This document shows, piece by piece, positions 28,721 to 43,456 of a DNA stretch of 64,000 nt (position 1 is its first letter; each line of letters begins with the position of its first letter). Made by a program: the position numbers and the translations under genes. The notes under the pieces were generated by a model that made no database searches, was not told the DNA's origin, and saw only the letters and a program-made list of their open reading frames with translations. The DNA comes from the human T2T-CHM13v2.0 reference genome, Homo sapiens, in NCBI GenBank assembly GCA_009914755.4, contig CP068257.2, positions 38,816,001 through 38,880,000 of the forward strand, read 5' to 3'.

Positions 28721-29829
28721 TATTAAATATAATTTTTTTAAATAATAGAGAAGTATCATTGCAAGAAGGCTTGAATATGCAGATGAAAATGATCACAATG
28801 CCCTAAGAATAGTTGATATTAAAAATTTAGCAAGAACTGTATCTAAATTAGTATTTCATTAATTGGACTTTTGTAGATAAATTATAATTAGAAAAAAAAT
28901 TTTTTAGAGTTCACTTAAAAAAAAGTAAATTAAAATTACACCAATCTCAGATTTTCTCACAGTAACAGTCTACTTATGAAACTATTGGGATAACATCTAT
29001 GAAATTCTCAAGAAAACAAAATGTTATACCCAGGCAGAATAACATTTAATTATATGATTACAGGTCACATTTTCAAATGGGAAAATAGGCAGGAATTGCA
29101 GGGGCTGTAAAATCTTCCTGACAATCAGAAAAAAAATTAGCTAATGAGAAAATGAGGAAAGACCACTAATATTGAACTCTAGCTAACGATATGTATGCTA
29201 ACGTGTTCAAAGGTAAAGTCGATTGCTATCTGAAAATTATTGTGAAGTGCAATACACTTCACAATAATACAAAAATTATTGTGAATACACAATACAAAAA
29301 TTATTGTGAATACAATGGAATGATGAGTGTCACTAAATGGATAGCTAATAGGTAAAGCAAATATTGCATATATTGATTGTACAATCCAGGTAATGGTTAA
29401 TGGGTGCTCACAATACAATTATTTTCATATTTCTATATATTTATGACTTTTCATAATAAAATGATGAAAAATCACAAAACCATAGCAAAGTATTGTCTCT
29501 CCACATTTATTCTATTTAACTATAGTATTAGGAGTAAAATATCTGTGGAAATTACTGTACAGAAATCAATTGTAAATCATGGCAATTTAGAATTACTGTA
29601 ACAAAAGTCCATAGGACAAAGAAGATGAGAGATAAGGGATAGAGGGATGCCTATACAGGAATCAAATAGATTCTTTAATGGTGATAAATCAATTAATCAA
29701 GATATAAATACTGGAAAAACCAATAAAAATATAACCAAGTTAATTTGGGGAGTGGCATACTTAGAATACTTTATAATTTCATCTCTGGCCATAGTGGGAA
29801 GTTGACACTGTATTTGGAAAAAGAAGAAG

Positions 29830-30174
<345 letters not shown>

Positions 30175-30229
30175 TCAATTTGTAATTACAGAGTTAGCCA
30201 TTATAAAAACTAAAAACATCCCACATTTT

Positions 30230-33200
30230 CATATTATGAAAAGAAATATTGCACACACTTACACAGAAAAAGAGGGGAAAATGCAAAATAAAGATATAAA
30301 GAGAAAGAATAACGTAAAATATGATATTTACAATGTGAATGTGCTACATATGCCTCCCTTTGGACCACAAACTTAACTATACATTGTTGTGGTAAGTTTT
30401 AAAGTATTTACAAATATCAAATATTAATAATGTGGAAAGGCAAATCAGGCAAATTGGAAAGGAAAGCCATGGCCATGTTCTGAGTAGCAGACACAGTTAA
30501 AACAGGGTAGAAAGCATTCCTGTGACAAAGCATGGCCCTTTATGATGAGTAAGCATATACTCAGCAATAAACATGTAAGAGGTATGAATATGTGCACACG
30601 ATGAAAATATTACATCAAATTTAATAAAGTGAAACCTACAAGAATTTTTTAAATAGGCAGAAGTATGTCAATAGTGAGGGACTTCAATTCACATCTCTCA
30701 GTCCATGACTGACCCAGTATACAACGAAAGAAAAATAATGAAGATTTAAACAACATAGTTATATCTATTTGTACTTTACCTAATTCTATAACCTAAGGAC
30801 AGATAATTGACCTTCCTTCCCAGCAACTGAGGAAAAAAATGCCAATCTTGAAGACATGCTAGGTCACAAAGAGAAGTTCATTAAATATTTCCCCACAAAG
30901 TTATAACTTATCAGGATTTATGACCAAGAATTCACTCTTGAATTACAAAGGAAACAAAACCAGAGATCGAAGAACATTTACAAAAGTTGTATATGAAGTA
31001 GAACCTAGGTAATATGTTAAAAGCAATGCTCAGGAGACATTTTAAGTCTCGTACACATACATATGTAAATAATAAGAAAGGATGAAAATAAATGACATAA
31101 GCATCCAACTGAAAGAACTAGAAAAAAGCCAATAAAATATGCATGAGGAAAGCAAAAGGAACAAGTTAATAAAAACGTAAATACAAGAATGAATGCATTT
31201 GAAAACAGAATCATGTTAGACCTATTAAGTAAATGTAAAGTTTTAAGATAAAAAATTAGATTGTTGATTAAACATCAAAAGCAAAAATAATGAAGATTTA
31301 AACAACATAGTTAGATCTATTTGTACTTTACCTAATTCTGTAACCTAAGGACAGATAATTCATATTCCTTCCCGGCAATCAAGGAAAAAATTGCCAATCT
31401 TGAAGACATGTTAGGTCACAAAGAGAAGTTCATTAAATATTTCCCCACAAAGTTAGAACTTATCAGGATTTATGACCAAGAATTCACTCTTGAATCACAA
31501 AGGAAACCAAAACGGTGACTGGAGAACATATACAAAAGTTATATATGAGAGTAGAACCTAGGTAAAATGTTAAAAGCAATGCTCAGGAGACATTTTAAGT
31601 CTTGTACACATACGTATATAAATAACAAGAAAGGATGAAAATAAATGACATAAGCATCCAACTAAAAGAACTAGAAAAAAAATCAATAAAATACGAACAA
31701 AAAAGCAAAAGGAACAAGTTAATAAAATCATAAACACAAGAATCAATGCATTCGAAAACAGAATGATGTTAGAGCTATTAAATAAATCAAAAGTTTTGAA
31801 ATAAAAATTAGATTGTTGATTAAACTAAGCAAGAAAAGAAGAACAAAACAAAATTAGAAATGAGAACAGGGAATGAATCAGATAGTGATGAAATTAAATG
31901 CTAGAACATACCATTCGATAAGAGAAGGAAATTAAAACTGTGCATATTAAAAAAGAAAGGAAATTACCATTGTTTGCACAAAATATAACTGTATAAATAA
32001 AAAGTTCATGAGAACCAATGGAAAAACTCTTAGACATGGTAAAGATAATTCAGTGAAGTGACTGAGTAAAAAGTAAAAAGTAAATAGGTTGCCTAAGTAT
32101 GTACAAAGAAGCATGCTTTCAGATCCAAGATCCATGCACAATAGAAACAAAAAGCATAAGTATAAAAAATGTGTACAAACCATATGAACAGCACGTTGAA
32201 ATGCTTCTTTACTACACAAAATGACCATTGAGTAAGCGGAATGCAGACTCTACTTAAGATGGGAACACAATATCCTAAAGAAAGCAATGCATGAATTAAT
32301 CTATATATTTCAAACAACTCTAGCAAAATATGAAAGATATTTTTTTCTCCAGCAAAGTAATCCAGTTTTAAAGTAAACATGCAAAAACAACCAGATTTTA
32401 AAGAAAACCTGCCCCCCACCCAAAAAAAAAGAATAAATAAGGTAGCAATCGGTAGGAAAAACAGAATCAAGTATGGATAAATGGTGTTGAGGCAACTGGA
32501 ACTTGTGGAAAAAACTAAAATTGCATTCCTATCGAATTCATCAAATAAAAACAAGTTCCACGAGATCATGTCCTTTGCTGGGACACAGATGGAACTGGAA
32601 GCCATTATCCTCAGCAAACTAACACAGGAGCAGAAAACCAAACACCGCATTTTCTCACTTATAAGTGGGAGCTGAACAATGAGAACACATGGACACAAGG
32701 AGGGGAACAACACACACTGGGGACTGTTGGTGGCATTGGGGAAAGGAGAGCATCAGGATAAATAGCTAATGCATGCTGGGCTTAATACCTAGGTAATGGG
32801 TTGATAGGTGCAGCAAACCACCATGGCACATATTTACCTATGTAACAAACCTGCACATCCTGCACAGGTACCCCAGAACTTAAAATAGAATATCATTAAA
32901 TGTTTTAAAAAGTTGGAAGAAAAAAATAAAAATAAAAAATAAAAACAAGTTCCAGAGATACAAATGACAAACATAAAATAATGTTATTATTAGACAAAAA
33001 TATGGGAAATTTTGTTTTCTGTAGCCTAAGATAGCAAAGATCTGAGTATGATACAAAATTATGATTCCATAAACAACTTAGAAACTTAACCACATAAAAA
33101 ATAATTATTTACAGCAAAAGCAAAAAGTAAACAAAGTAGGAAAATGTTTTGTAATTTAGACCACAGAAAATAGATCTTTCCTTAAACTGTGAGTAAATCC

Positions 33201-33960
33201 TATTAATTATCCATTAAAGAAAAAAATCAACCACCCAAAAACATGATGGATGAGGGACATAAATGGGTAGTTAATTGAAAAGGAAATATGATTGCTAAGA
33301 AATGTGTGAAAAGATGCTGGTTTTCTTCAAAAGAGAGATGCAAATAAAAAACATGAAATGTTATTCTCAACTGTCAGAACGGCAGAAATAATAATGCTGG
33401 GTGACATGAATCAGCCAAAGAGATATGGAAATACACATTCTCATAGTACTGATGGAAATGAAAATGGATAAAATATATACAGAGACAAATTTGGCAACAT
33501 CTATCACACGTTTAAAGTGTATATAACCTTTGATTCAGAAGACTCACTTCTAGGAATTTATACAACAGATATACGGTGCATATGCAAGCTTATTGATTTA
33601 TACGACTATCAGTTACAGCCCTGTTCATAGTTGCAAAAGAATTGAACACAAAATATTCATCAATAAAGGCTAGCTAAGTAAATGAAGTATATTCATAAAA
33701 TAGGAACAATGCAGCTGTTTAAAAGAAAGAAAAAACATGAATGAAGTATTATTCACATAGGCATAATACTTTACCACTTCTGCAAATAAATTATATATTT
33801 GCATATGCTTATACATGCATAGAGTAGCTCTGAAAGGATACCCGAGAAACTGGTGTTTGCCTATGAAATGAGGAACTGTGTGACTATAGGCAGAAACTCT
33901 TAATACAATTGCAAAAGATGAACATTATAACAATAATAATAACATTTTCTAAAATCCCTT
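30230..33960 (+). mobile_element. Composite LINE-1 block: an old L1M-type internal region and 3' UTR (best match 33200-33960) with a younger L1PA/PB-like 3' end (32475-32895) embedded in it
   Basis: Internal parts are approximate.
- 31060-31230 resembles the start of L1 ORF2 (AAAGAACTAGAAAAAAGCCAATAAAATATGCATGAGGAAAGCAAAAGGAACAAGTTAATAAAA...).
- 32566-32895 is an L1PA/PB 3' end (GGAACTGGAAGCCATTATCCTCAGCAAACTAACACAGGAGCAGAAAACCAAACACCGCATTTTCTCACTTATAAGTGGGAGCTGAACAATGAGAACACATGGACACAAGGAGGGGAAC...GGTGCAGCAAACCACCATGGCACATATTTACCTATGTAACAAACCTGCACATCCTGCACAGGTACCCCAGAACTTAAAAT).
- 33290-33960 matches the L1M 3' UTR (...AATGCTGGGTGACATGAATCAGCCAAAGAGATATGGAAATACACATTCTCATAGTACTGATGGAAATGAAAATGG...CAACAGATATACGGTGCATATGCAAGCTTATTGATTTATACGACTATCAGTTACAGCCCTGTTCATAGTTGCAAAAGAATTGAACACAAAATATTCATCAATAAAGGCTAGCTAAGTAAATGAAGTATATTCATAAAATAGGAACAATGCAGCTGTTTAAAAGAAAG...). 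Confidence 0.6.
30725..31825. repeat. Tandem duplication, 2 x ~552 bp, inside the old L1 block
   Basis: AATGAAGATTTAAACAACATAGTTATATCTATTTGTACTTTACCTAATTCTATAACCTAAGGACAGATAATT...GCCAATCTTGAAGACATGCTAGGTCACAAAGAGAAGTTCATTAAATATTTCCCCACAAAGTT at 30737 recurs at 31289 with a few substitutions. The matching collinear stretch runs to about 31825. Confidence 0.85.
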
Positions 33961-35244
33961 TTCCAGGACCTGGCACACATACATATGATTCATTACCCAC
34001 AGTAGGTAGCCCTGCCACAAATACTGTGAGGTAGATACTTTATTTCCCTGGGTTCCAGCAGTTTAGAGAAGTTAAATGACCTGCTCCAGGTAACCCAGCT
34101 CTAAGAGGCAGAGCTGGTTTCACACTCAAGCATTCCAGCTCTGGGGTCTGGGGGGAGGCAGGTGTGACAGGTAGAATAATGTCCCAATCCCCCCACAAAT
34201 ACGTTTGCATCCCAATCCGCAGAACCTGTGAATGTGTAAGGTTTCATGGCAAAGGGGAGTTAAGGTTGCTCCTCAGCTGACTTTAATGTAGGGAGATTAG
34301 CCTGGATTATCCACGTGGGTCCAAGGTAATCATGAGTTCTTAAAAGTGGAAGCAAGCATCAGAGCCGGCGATGCAATGTGAAAAAGACTTGAATGGCCAT
34401 TGCTGGCTTTGCAGAGAGAAGGGACTAATGGATTGTGAGTCAAGAGCTGCAAGTTGTCTCAAAAAGCTGGGAAACTCAAGCAGAACTGCTCTAGAGCCCC
34501 CAGAAAGGGACCTAGCTCTGCCAACACCTTAATTTTAGACCACTGAGAGCATTTAACGCTCTGGACTTCTGACATCCACAATAGTATGACAATAACTTTG
34601 TCTTAAGCCACTTAGGTGTGTGCTAATTTGTTAAAGCAGCAGCAGCAGGAAATGAATATGGCAGAAAAGAATAGAAAAATGACCACAGGAAGATAAGGAG
34701 GCAGTAGGGAGCAGATGGGATTTTTAACCCACGTCTTTCCTCTTGGAACTCCTTCCTGCAAGTTCAGATAAGAAAATTTCATGCAGGGAATATAGGAGAT
34801 CCCAGCCATACCACCCACAAACAGGAACCCAAGAGTACTTCTATTAGAGCCTGGTACAGAGGCTCTCATGATGTGGCACCAAGACCAGTAGCAGAAGTGT
34901 CACCTGAGAATGGGTTAGCAAATCAAATTCTTGGACCCATCTTCTGGCAGCTGGAATAAAAATCTTAGAGCCATGGCTAACACTCTGGTTTGACAAGTCC
35001 TCCAAGTAAGCCTGATGTGATGCATGCCTGAGAACCGCTGGCTTAATGTAGCTCTTGGTTTAGACTGAGCAAGGCATCCAAAATGTTACTGCACATTGGA
35101 ATCACGTGGAGATCTTTAAAAAATTTTCACATCTTTGTTGCACCCAAGACCCATGGAATTAGAATGCTTAGGCAGGGGAGGTGGCAATAAAGATCCCCAA
35201 GTGAACCATATGCATGACAGTTTGAAAGCACTGGTTTAGAGCAA

Positions 35245-35420
35245 TAGTTCTCAATCTTGATACATTGAAACCACTCAGGGCCAATTAAAATGTATAGATA
35301 CCTGGGTTCCATCCCTAGGTGATCTAATTGATTGGTTTACAGCCTGAGTGTCAGGAATCTTAATCCCTAGATGATTCTAATGCAACCCTAAGGTGAAAGC
35401 TAGAGCAGAATTCCCACTTG
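35245..35420. mobile_element. hAT-Charlie type palindromic non-autonomous element (MER5/MER20-like)
   Basis: AGAGCAATAGTTCTCAATCTTGATACATTGAAACCACTCAGGGCCAATTAAAATGTATAGATACCTGGGTTCCATCCCTAGGTGATCTAATTGATTGG...TCTTAATCCCTAGATGATTCTAATGCAACCCTAAGGTGAAAGC resembles the MER5/MER20 consensus (GGTTCTCAACCTTGGCTGCACATTAGAATCACCTGGGGAGCTTTT...TGCCTGGGCCCCACCCCAGACCAATTAAATCAGAATCTCTGGG...). Confidence 0.4.
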
Positions 35421-37221
35421 TAGCACCTGATCAGAGTTAGGTGCCACATGGTAAATGTGGGGGCCAGGAGAAGAGTCATTTCCCAACCCCCAGTCATTTC
35501 TGAAAAGTCAACTGATATTCAACTTTGCAAAATAGAAATGTTAATCTTATTTTTATTCCATATAGTTCAAAGTATTTTCAAGAGTTGATTTATTGTATCA
35601 CTGCAATTGTTGCTACTATTTCCTCTTTGACATACTTTCTGCTATAAGGAGTGCTAGGTTGAACCATCTGAAATTGCTTGATTGGTCCACATTTGACATA
35701 TAAAACAGCAATTTCATATTATTCAGCCTAATAACGAGCATTGTAATATACTTCCTTAGGATACTAAAATGATGGCATTGAGAAGCTCATTATTATTGCA
35801 CACCTACTAGATAATGGCTTGCAAGCAAGGAGTTATCTGGGAATTTCTAAAATGCACTTTAAAAATAAACCCCAAATGCCTAGTTTAAATCACATGTGGT
35901 GAGCTGGACATAGCTGAACATCCAATAACAACTATGCCCAGTGCCCTGATATTCTTCTGTCCATCTCAATCAGCATCAGAAATGCAAGCCTCACTGCTCA
36001 TACCGAGACCACCCGGTATTGCACTGAATGTCTGCTCATTTGTCCAATCACCCCTTCTTCCATCAGTTCTTCCAGTGTGTTCTCTGAAATTCCCCTCCAA
36101 TATCAGCAGCATAGGCTCTGATCATCCCCACTTTCCCCAGGTCTTAACTGAAACTTGGGCATCCTCTGTAGACCCAATCTCACCCCATCCTTTGCAACAT
36201 AGGCTGCTGCTCTTCCTGACCTTCATCAGGACCAGATAAAGAGAAGGTCCATCCTTGGTCCCCATGCTGGCTTTCAAATCACAGATTGGCACCACCCATC
36301 CATGTGCAGGTCCAGACCCCTGCTCCTTAGAGGCTGGTTCCAGAAGGCTGCACCATCATTAACATCTGCTTCCAGCCTCTTTGGCATCCTTCTTGTTCCC
36401 TGAGCTCCATCATTTGTCTTCTCATCCCTAGACACCCATCCCGCAACTGTTGGCCTTACCTCATACTTCACTAGAAAGCACCTCTGAAGGTGAGCACCTC
36501 CTTTTCTGAAATTCCTCTCTTTTCTTGGCTTCTAGGACAATCCCCCTCTAACCTCTCACCTGATAAAATGCCCACTGCTGGTTCTGCTTTGCCATCTCAT
36601 CCTTCCCCTCCAAACATCAACTAGAGATTCTCCAGCTGTTTCCTGAACCATCTGCACACTCTTTCCTGAGGTAACCATATCCATTTTCATGATTTTACCA
36701 TCCACATATGAATTTCTCCCACATTTCTATCTCCCAAGTCTCTCTTTTGAACTCTGCAGCCTGACTGCTTCCTTCACACCTCTACAGAGGTTCTCTGAAT
36801 GCCTTGGAGGCTCCGGGACTGTTCTGGGAACATCAATAAAAGTAAATCAGTAAATCGCTGCCCACATGGACCTTCCTTTCAATGCAGGAGCAGGGAGCAG
36901 GTGGAGCAGGGAGATTGACAAGAAACAATAAACAAGATAAATAAACTAGGTAGCATGTTAGAAAGTGATGAGTACAATGGGGAAAAATAGAGAACAGGCT
37001 CAGAGGAAGGTAGAAACTGTTCACAGTCACTTAAATGTAAGGTTCCCAAAGCTGAGCCTCAGTTCATGACTCCCTCACTTTAGAACCCCCATACACACAA
37101 AGGCATTGCTTTTCATTCTATCTACAAGCACTGTCCAAGCAAAAACAAAACAGGAGTCATTGCGACTCTTCAGTTTTCCTCACTTGCAACATCAGGGTAC
37201 TCCTGTCCAGCCCACTTTTAA

Positions 37222-37642
<421 letters not shown>

Positions 37643-38147
37643 AGAACCATCTTTGAACCATGTAAATAAAATTGTTTTCGTCTGTTTAAAATGCTTAAAA
37701 GTGGCTCGTCTTTGCACTAAAATAAGATCCCAATTCCCTTCATGTACATATAAGATCTTGCAAGATCTGGCATCAGTGTGTCTCTTCAACATCCTTTCTC
37801 ATCAATCTATCCTTCTACTACTTGGCTTGGGATGTGTTGTCCTTTTGCTGCACGAAACACATGAAATGCTTCTTGGCCTCCTTTGCACCTGCTTTTCTCT
37901 CTCCCCACAATGCTGTTATTCCAGTTATCATGAGCGGCTCTTTCTCTTCTTTCAGGTCTGAGCTTAAACGTCTCCCAAAAGCTCTGTTTGAACATTTGAT
38001 ATAGAACTGCATGTGAAAAGGTACCTTCAATGATGAGTAAACTGAGGCACCCAAGTGGGTTAAATCACCTGTTCAAATGGATCCAGATCAACTACAGAAG
38101 CTCTGTTCCATTAAAAATAATGAGACGAGCCATTCATCTCATTTCCT

Positions 38148-38345
38148 TTAGAGCACGCATGTCCCACCCGTGGCGTGCAGGCCACCCGCGGCCCAGGACG
38201 GCTTTGAATGTGGCCCAACACTAATGTGTAAACTTTCTTAAAACATGAGACATTTTTGCAATTTATTTTAGTTCATCAGCTATCATTAGGGTATTTTATG
38301 AGTGGCCCAAGACAATTCTTCTTCCAATGTTCCCCAGGGAAGCCA
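38148..38345. mobile_element. hAT-type MITE fragment (MER53-like), right terminus ...GGACACCCCTG present, left end truncated
   Basis: GCACGCATGTCCCACCCGTGGCGTGCAGGCCACCCGCGGCCCAGGACGGCTTTGAATGTGGCCCAACAC...GAGTGGCCCAAGACAATTCTTCTTCCAATGTTCCCCAGGGAAGCCAAAAGACTGGACACCCCTG. The GGCC(C)GCGGGCC palindromic motifs and the terminal CACCCCTG are typical of hAT MITEs. Family assignment is from memory. Confidence 0.4.
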
Positions 38346-41300
38346 AAAGACTGGACACCCCTGTTCTAGAGAATAAAATTATATTCTCTCTCCAAATGCC
38401 ATTACAGCTTACTCTTGAAATACTTGAGAAAGCAACAATGACCCCTTGTTCTGACAACTTGTTTGATTATAAACACGTTTGGTAAAAAAAAAAAAAATAT
38501 TTTCAGCAAGGTTGTCAAATCTGCAGATCTGTTTGTTTTTGAAGGCATAGAAATAAGAGTAGCATATCCTTGCTGTTTTGGGTGACGGAATCATGCCTGC
38601 AAAAATCTCAAAAAGACTGTGAAACATGCAGATGTGGTCACAAGGAGTGCAATAAAAATGGAACTGTTGTTCAGAAAGAAACGCCAGCATCCCACAGACA
38701 TATGTGTGGTCCCATCTGTGATTCTAAATTCATTGCTTATGAACAACTAAGGAGTTGCTGGAGATCAGAAGCCATCTCTGCTTTTATCCCTTCAGAAGTA
38801 AGGCGGCATGCAGCTGGATAAATCTACCCCTCCTAGAACTTGAGACAAATGACATTCACTCCTGTCTAGACCCAAGACCTCTCATGCCAATATCACTTTT
38901 CATTCCTGAAACTCTGATTTAAAGAGACAGGCTCTGAGGCCATCAACAGTTCCTACCTGATGGTTGATTGTTGATCCACGTAGCCCCAGGGTTACAGCAC
39001 TGGAAGAGACCATGTACTTTAGACCCAAGCTTGAGAGCCTGAGTCCCCTCCATGGCAATTCTAACAAGTGTGTTTCCATCTCCCTGCTTGAGTACTCACA
39101 GTGATGGGCAACTCACTGCTTATCAAGGCAGTCCATTTTTAAAAATAGTTTTTAATAATAATTTATTTCTTAAATGGACTTGAAACTGTTTGTTTGTTTT
39201 GTTTTGTTTTTTCAGCTTCCGTTTCTCCCTGCACTGTCCAGGTAAGGAATGTGATCCTATGACAAAGAATCCCTTCTGACCTCTGAAGACAGCTAACACA
39301 CCTCTTTTCTTTTTTCCTCCAATTTAAATGCCTTCACTTCATTGAGGGTAACATGTTATAAATTTCTATGGGACCACCTCAAAGGGCTTTTGCATTGCTG
39401 AGAGTGGACAAGGTTCCAATGATACTGTGGCTTCTCCCGGACAAATACATGCATTTGATTTTTGCCAGTTTCCAAAAACACTTACAAGAACTGAGTTGAA
39501 CCTGGCTATCACTTTTCAAATTTACATTGTTTTCCTAATGCAATTACATTTTTTTCTTGTTTATTTCACTTTGTTCATCTGTTGATTATTTTTAAATGCC
39601 TATACTTTCAAGAAGTTTAAAATAACTAGATCTTGAGAACCTAGAACATAAGCCAAAGATGTATGTCTGTAGCTAAAGATATTTTGGCCACCAGAGGGCT
39701 CCCAGATTTTGATCATTATTACTCTACCTGTATTTAAACAATCAAGACAATTAAGTGGACTTATAGAAACAACAAATTTAAATATAAGCTGTTTCTGACA
39801 CAAAGATAGGTCACAAATTTTTAGAAACAATTTTATTTGCCTTTGCCTCTTAATTCCAGCACATTAACTTCTTAAACACTGTGCATATACACAATGATTT
39901 AATCCCCACAATCTTCTTAAACACACACACGCACACAAAGATTTAATCTACAAAATAATTAGTCTTGATCTCTGTAAACACATTTAAATGTTTTATGACT
40001 TACTTGTCTATATCTGCAGAAGTTTTCAAATGACTATTTTGTGTGGAAAGAATAAGTGTTCTGTTTTCAGGAATATGTAGCTTTCTAAAAGTACGTATTT
40101 AGAAGTATGAATGATGGCATAAAATTGACTTGTATATAAAATTGATTAAAAAATAACGCTTAATGTCAGGAAGTGTAAGAGAAGAATCAACACTTTTATA
40201 CATACTTTCCAGAAATGAAACTTAATAATTTGATATGTCTTTGAGGGTAATTTGTTAAAATATGGAATATTGTAAAATGTACACGAATTTATAGTAAGCA
40301 GTAACTTATCTAAGAATTGATTAAAAAATACACAAATATTGGGATTTTATAAGCAATTTTAAAAATAGTAAAAGTAAAGGAATAAGGACTAAAATGTCAT
40401 CAATTATGTGAGGGGAAAATAAATCGTGGGACCCCAAAATCACTAAGCCCAAGGGAAAAGTCAAGCTGGGAACTATATCAGGCAAGCTTGCCTCCCATTT
40501 TATTCCAAAATAAGATAGCTACAAAGATTAACCAAAAAAAAAAAAAAAAAAAAACTACATAGCTCCCTCACAATTTGCCCACTAGGAAATTCCTTGCGGG
40601 CCCCAAGATCTTTACCCTAAAATAGTTCTGTTGCATTTCACCCTGACGAGATAAATTGATAGCTTATCTTCACAGGTGCGGGACGAAGGACAGAACTCAG
40701 TCATTCCTCTGCCCATCTGAGACAAATGCACATCTGATTTGCTTCCTCTGCCCTATGTTTATTTTATCTTATGTAAAAATAAAGATTCACTGAAATTTAA
40801 AATTCTCTTTCTCTTTCCCCAATATCTGCCCTTTCTCCTTTAAATCCCCAAACCCTCAAAATCATCTTTGGAGGAAGGCACAGACCTGTGTCCTGGGTGC
40901 ACCTCCTCAATCGATTGAGACCTGTCTGAGATACTTTTTGGTTTGTAATAAGAAACTAGTTAATTTCATAGCAGAGACAGAGAGAGGAGGAAGAGAAGGA
41001 GCGAGAAGAGAAAGGAAGAGAAATACACTATTTCAGAGACTTATAATATTTCAGGGTTACTATGAAATGTCCATGAACTCAAGCTCAACAATCTGAAGTC
41101 AGGGAGTAAATGGAAAAACAGCAAATATTGCACACAGGATTGGGGAGGGGGAGGCCTCAAAGGTTTTGGGGTTTGGAGTGGGGCAAGGGCTGAACAAGGA
41201 GGGGTTTCCTGAAATTCTGCGTCCTCGTGCCCCGCCTGCACATTCAGCTGCACATTATGCTGCTTCCAGAAGCATCTCGATAGCCTAAGGGGTTTATTCT

Positions 41301-43167
41301 CTGGCTAAACTGAAACAGATTATTGGGTATTTAAGATGGAAGTGTAGATATTTTCTGAAAGTTAGTATAAAGAAAAGAACCAAAAGTCGAAAATTTCTGA
41401 ACTGTCAAAAAGGAGGAGATTTGTACAACAAAATAATAAAGATTTAAAAAAAAATTACCTCCATCCAGGAGGTCTGTTTGAACAGTAGAAATTCCAGCGG
41501 GAGAGAAAGGTGGAAAGAGTAGGAATGGTATCATCCATAAAGAAATACAGGGAAATCACCCTACATTGAGGGGCAGGAGTGTTTGCATTCCAAGATGCCA
41601 CTCAGTGCCCAGCACACTACAGCCACACACACCTTCATAAAGTTACGGGACTTCAGGAATAAAGAGAATGGCCTCAACACTGCCCACCCAAAAGGAAGAA
41701 AGTGAACTTACACCCGAAGGTCAGCAATCAGAACTATAACAACCCCTACCCTGGCAGCTAAAAGACAATGGAGAAATCATTCCCTTTGCAATTTTTAAAA
41801 TTTCTAAGATAAAAATTACTTCCAAACTTATATTCTTTTTGCAAACATAAGTTCTTAAAAATGTTCTTCTCATGCATCCTTTCTCAGAAATGATGGATGG
41901 TATGTCCCGCTGAAAGGAGGGAGAAAAAAAGACATGGGAAAGCACAGGATTTAGGAAATAGGAAATCCAGCATAGGGGAGACATGAGAAGAATACTTAAG
42001 GTGGCAGCCCCTTCAGATTGGAGGCTGGTAGAGGGGCTCCTGGAGCTGTCTCTGCTGGAAAAACAAAATAGAATAAATTCCCTGACAAAGTTGAACATGT
42101 GGAAAATCATTTTGTGCTTTGAAGTGTGGAAATGTTAGATGTTTAAAGCAAAAAGGAAAAATGTAATCATAGCACACAACTTGGCTTGACACTTAATATT
42201 TACATGATTATAATAGATTTAACTAAAATGTAAGACATACTGGGAGGATGGGAATATGGGCAAAGTGACCTAAATTTCTGAACCATCACAATATGAAGTC
42301 AATAAATACATGAATAAGATTGAAAAAAATTAAATACCAGAAATTTAGTTAAAAAATAATGAGAGTGATTTCTTCGTGGGAGGAAAACGGGGAATGCATT
42401 CTCAGTTTTTTGTTGTTATAATTTCTTTATAACCATATGACATTAAAATTATTTGCATGTAGTGTTTGACTAAAAAATTTAACAATGAGGCATATGTAGT
42501 CCATGGAAAAGTGCTGTAATAGGTTCAGTGGAAAAAACGGTTTTAGAATAATGTAATCCCATATATTTTCACTGCAAAATGAAAGGAGAAATCTATTCCA
42601 ACATGTTTAAAATGTTAATCTCTGGGGCATAGAATTACAGGGGCCTCTTTTATCTTAATAATCATTTCTGTCTTCTGAGTATAGCACATCAATTTTTAAC
42701 CTCAATAAACCACAATGACGTAAGTCATGTTATAATTAATATAAAATAATCAAATTGGTATGTTTTATTTCAAGTTTGGATGCAAAAGAAAAAAATTGTG
42801 TAACTTAATACACAAAGCTTTTCAGCCAATGAGGATTCAGTAACTACGACTAAAACCAAGAGTGCTGTGAGCTCATTAATGTTACGTGTCTGCCTTGCAG
42901 GAAAAAGCTATGGAAACACAATATTAAAGAACCTTGGATCCTAAACTGTATGCCACGGAAACGTGGCAGGCTTACAATAACGTCCTGCCAAAGCCACCTG
43001 TGCCATTTGGTGCCTCCCTCATTGGAGCAAGGTTTGCTTCTGCGAGGCTGTCCAAGAGTCCAAGAGCTTTCTGCCCTCTCTTCTCCAGCGCCTTCAACTG
43101 AACAGCATTTTGAGCCCAACACGAAGCTTACTCTTAGTCATGCACCTGAAGTGTTTTGTTTATTAGG

Positions 43168-43456
43168 TTTTTGAGACAAAGTCTTCTCTGTCACCCAGGC
43201 TGAAGTGCAAAGTGGCATGATTGTTGGCTCACTGCAGCCTTGACCTCCCCAGCTCAAGAGATCCTCCCACCTCGGCCTCCCAAGAAGCTGGAACTACAGG
43301 TTTGCACCACCATGTATGGCTAATCTTTGTATTTTTTGTAGAGAGAGGGTTTCCCCATGGTGCCTAGGCTGGTCTTGAACTCCTGGACTAAAGGGATCCT
43401 CCTGCCTGGATCTCCCAAAGTGATGGGATTACAAGTGTGAGCCACCTCACCTGGGC
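43168..43456 (-). mobile_element. Alu SINE (old, AluJ-like, diverged)
   Basis: TTTTTGAGACAAAGTCTTCTCTGTCACCCAGGCTGAAGTGCAAAGTGGCATGATTGTTGGCTCACTGCAGCCTTGACCTCCCCAGCTCAAGAGATCCTCCCACCTCGGCCTCCCAAGAAGCTGGAACTACAGG...GATGGGATTACAAGTGTGAGCCACCTCACCTGGGC. Confidence 0.88.

Noticed and set aside
32093-32713. 206-aa minus-strand ORF, the longest in the window
   Set aside because: It lies entirely within LINE-1 sequence (the old L1 internal region and the L1PA-type 3' end). It reads the antisense strand of repeats, is hydrophobic and low-complexity, and has no domain.
33960-34600. Unique-looking sequence after the L1 block that I could not assign to a repeat family
   Set aside because: It has no distinctive signal (ORF, motif cluster or repeat structure). 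It is left unannotated rather than guessed.
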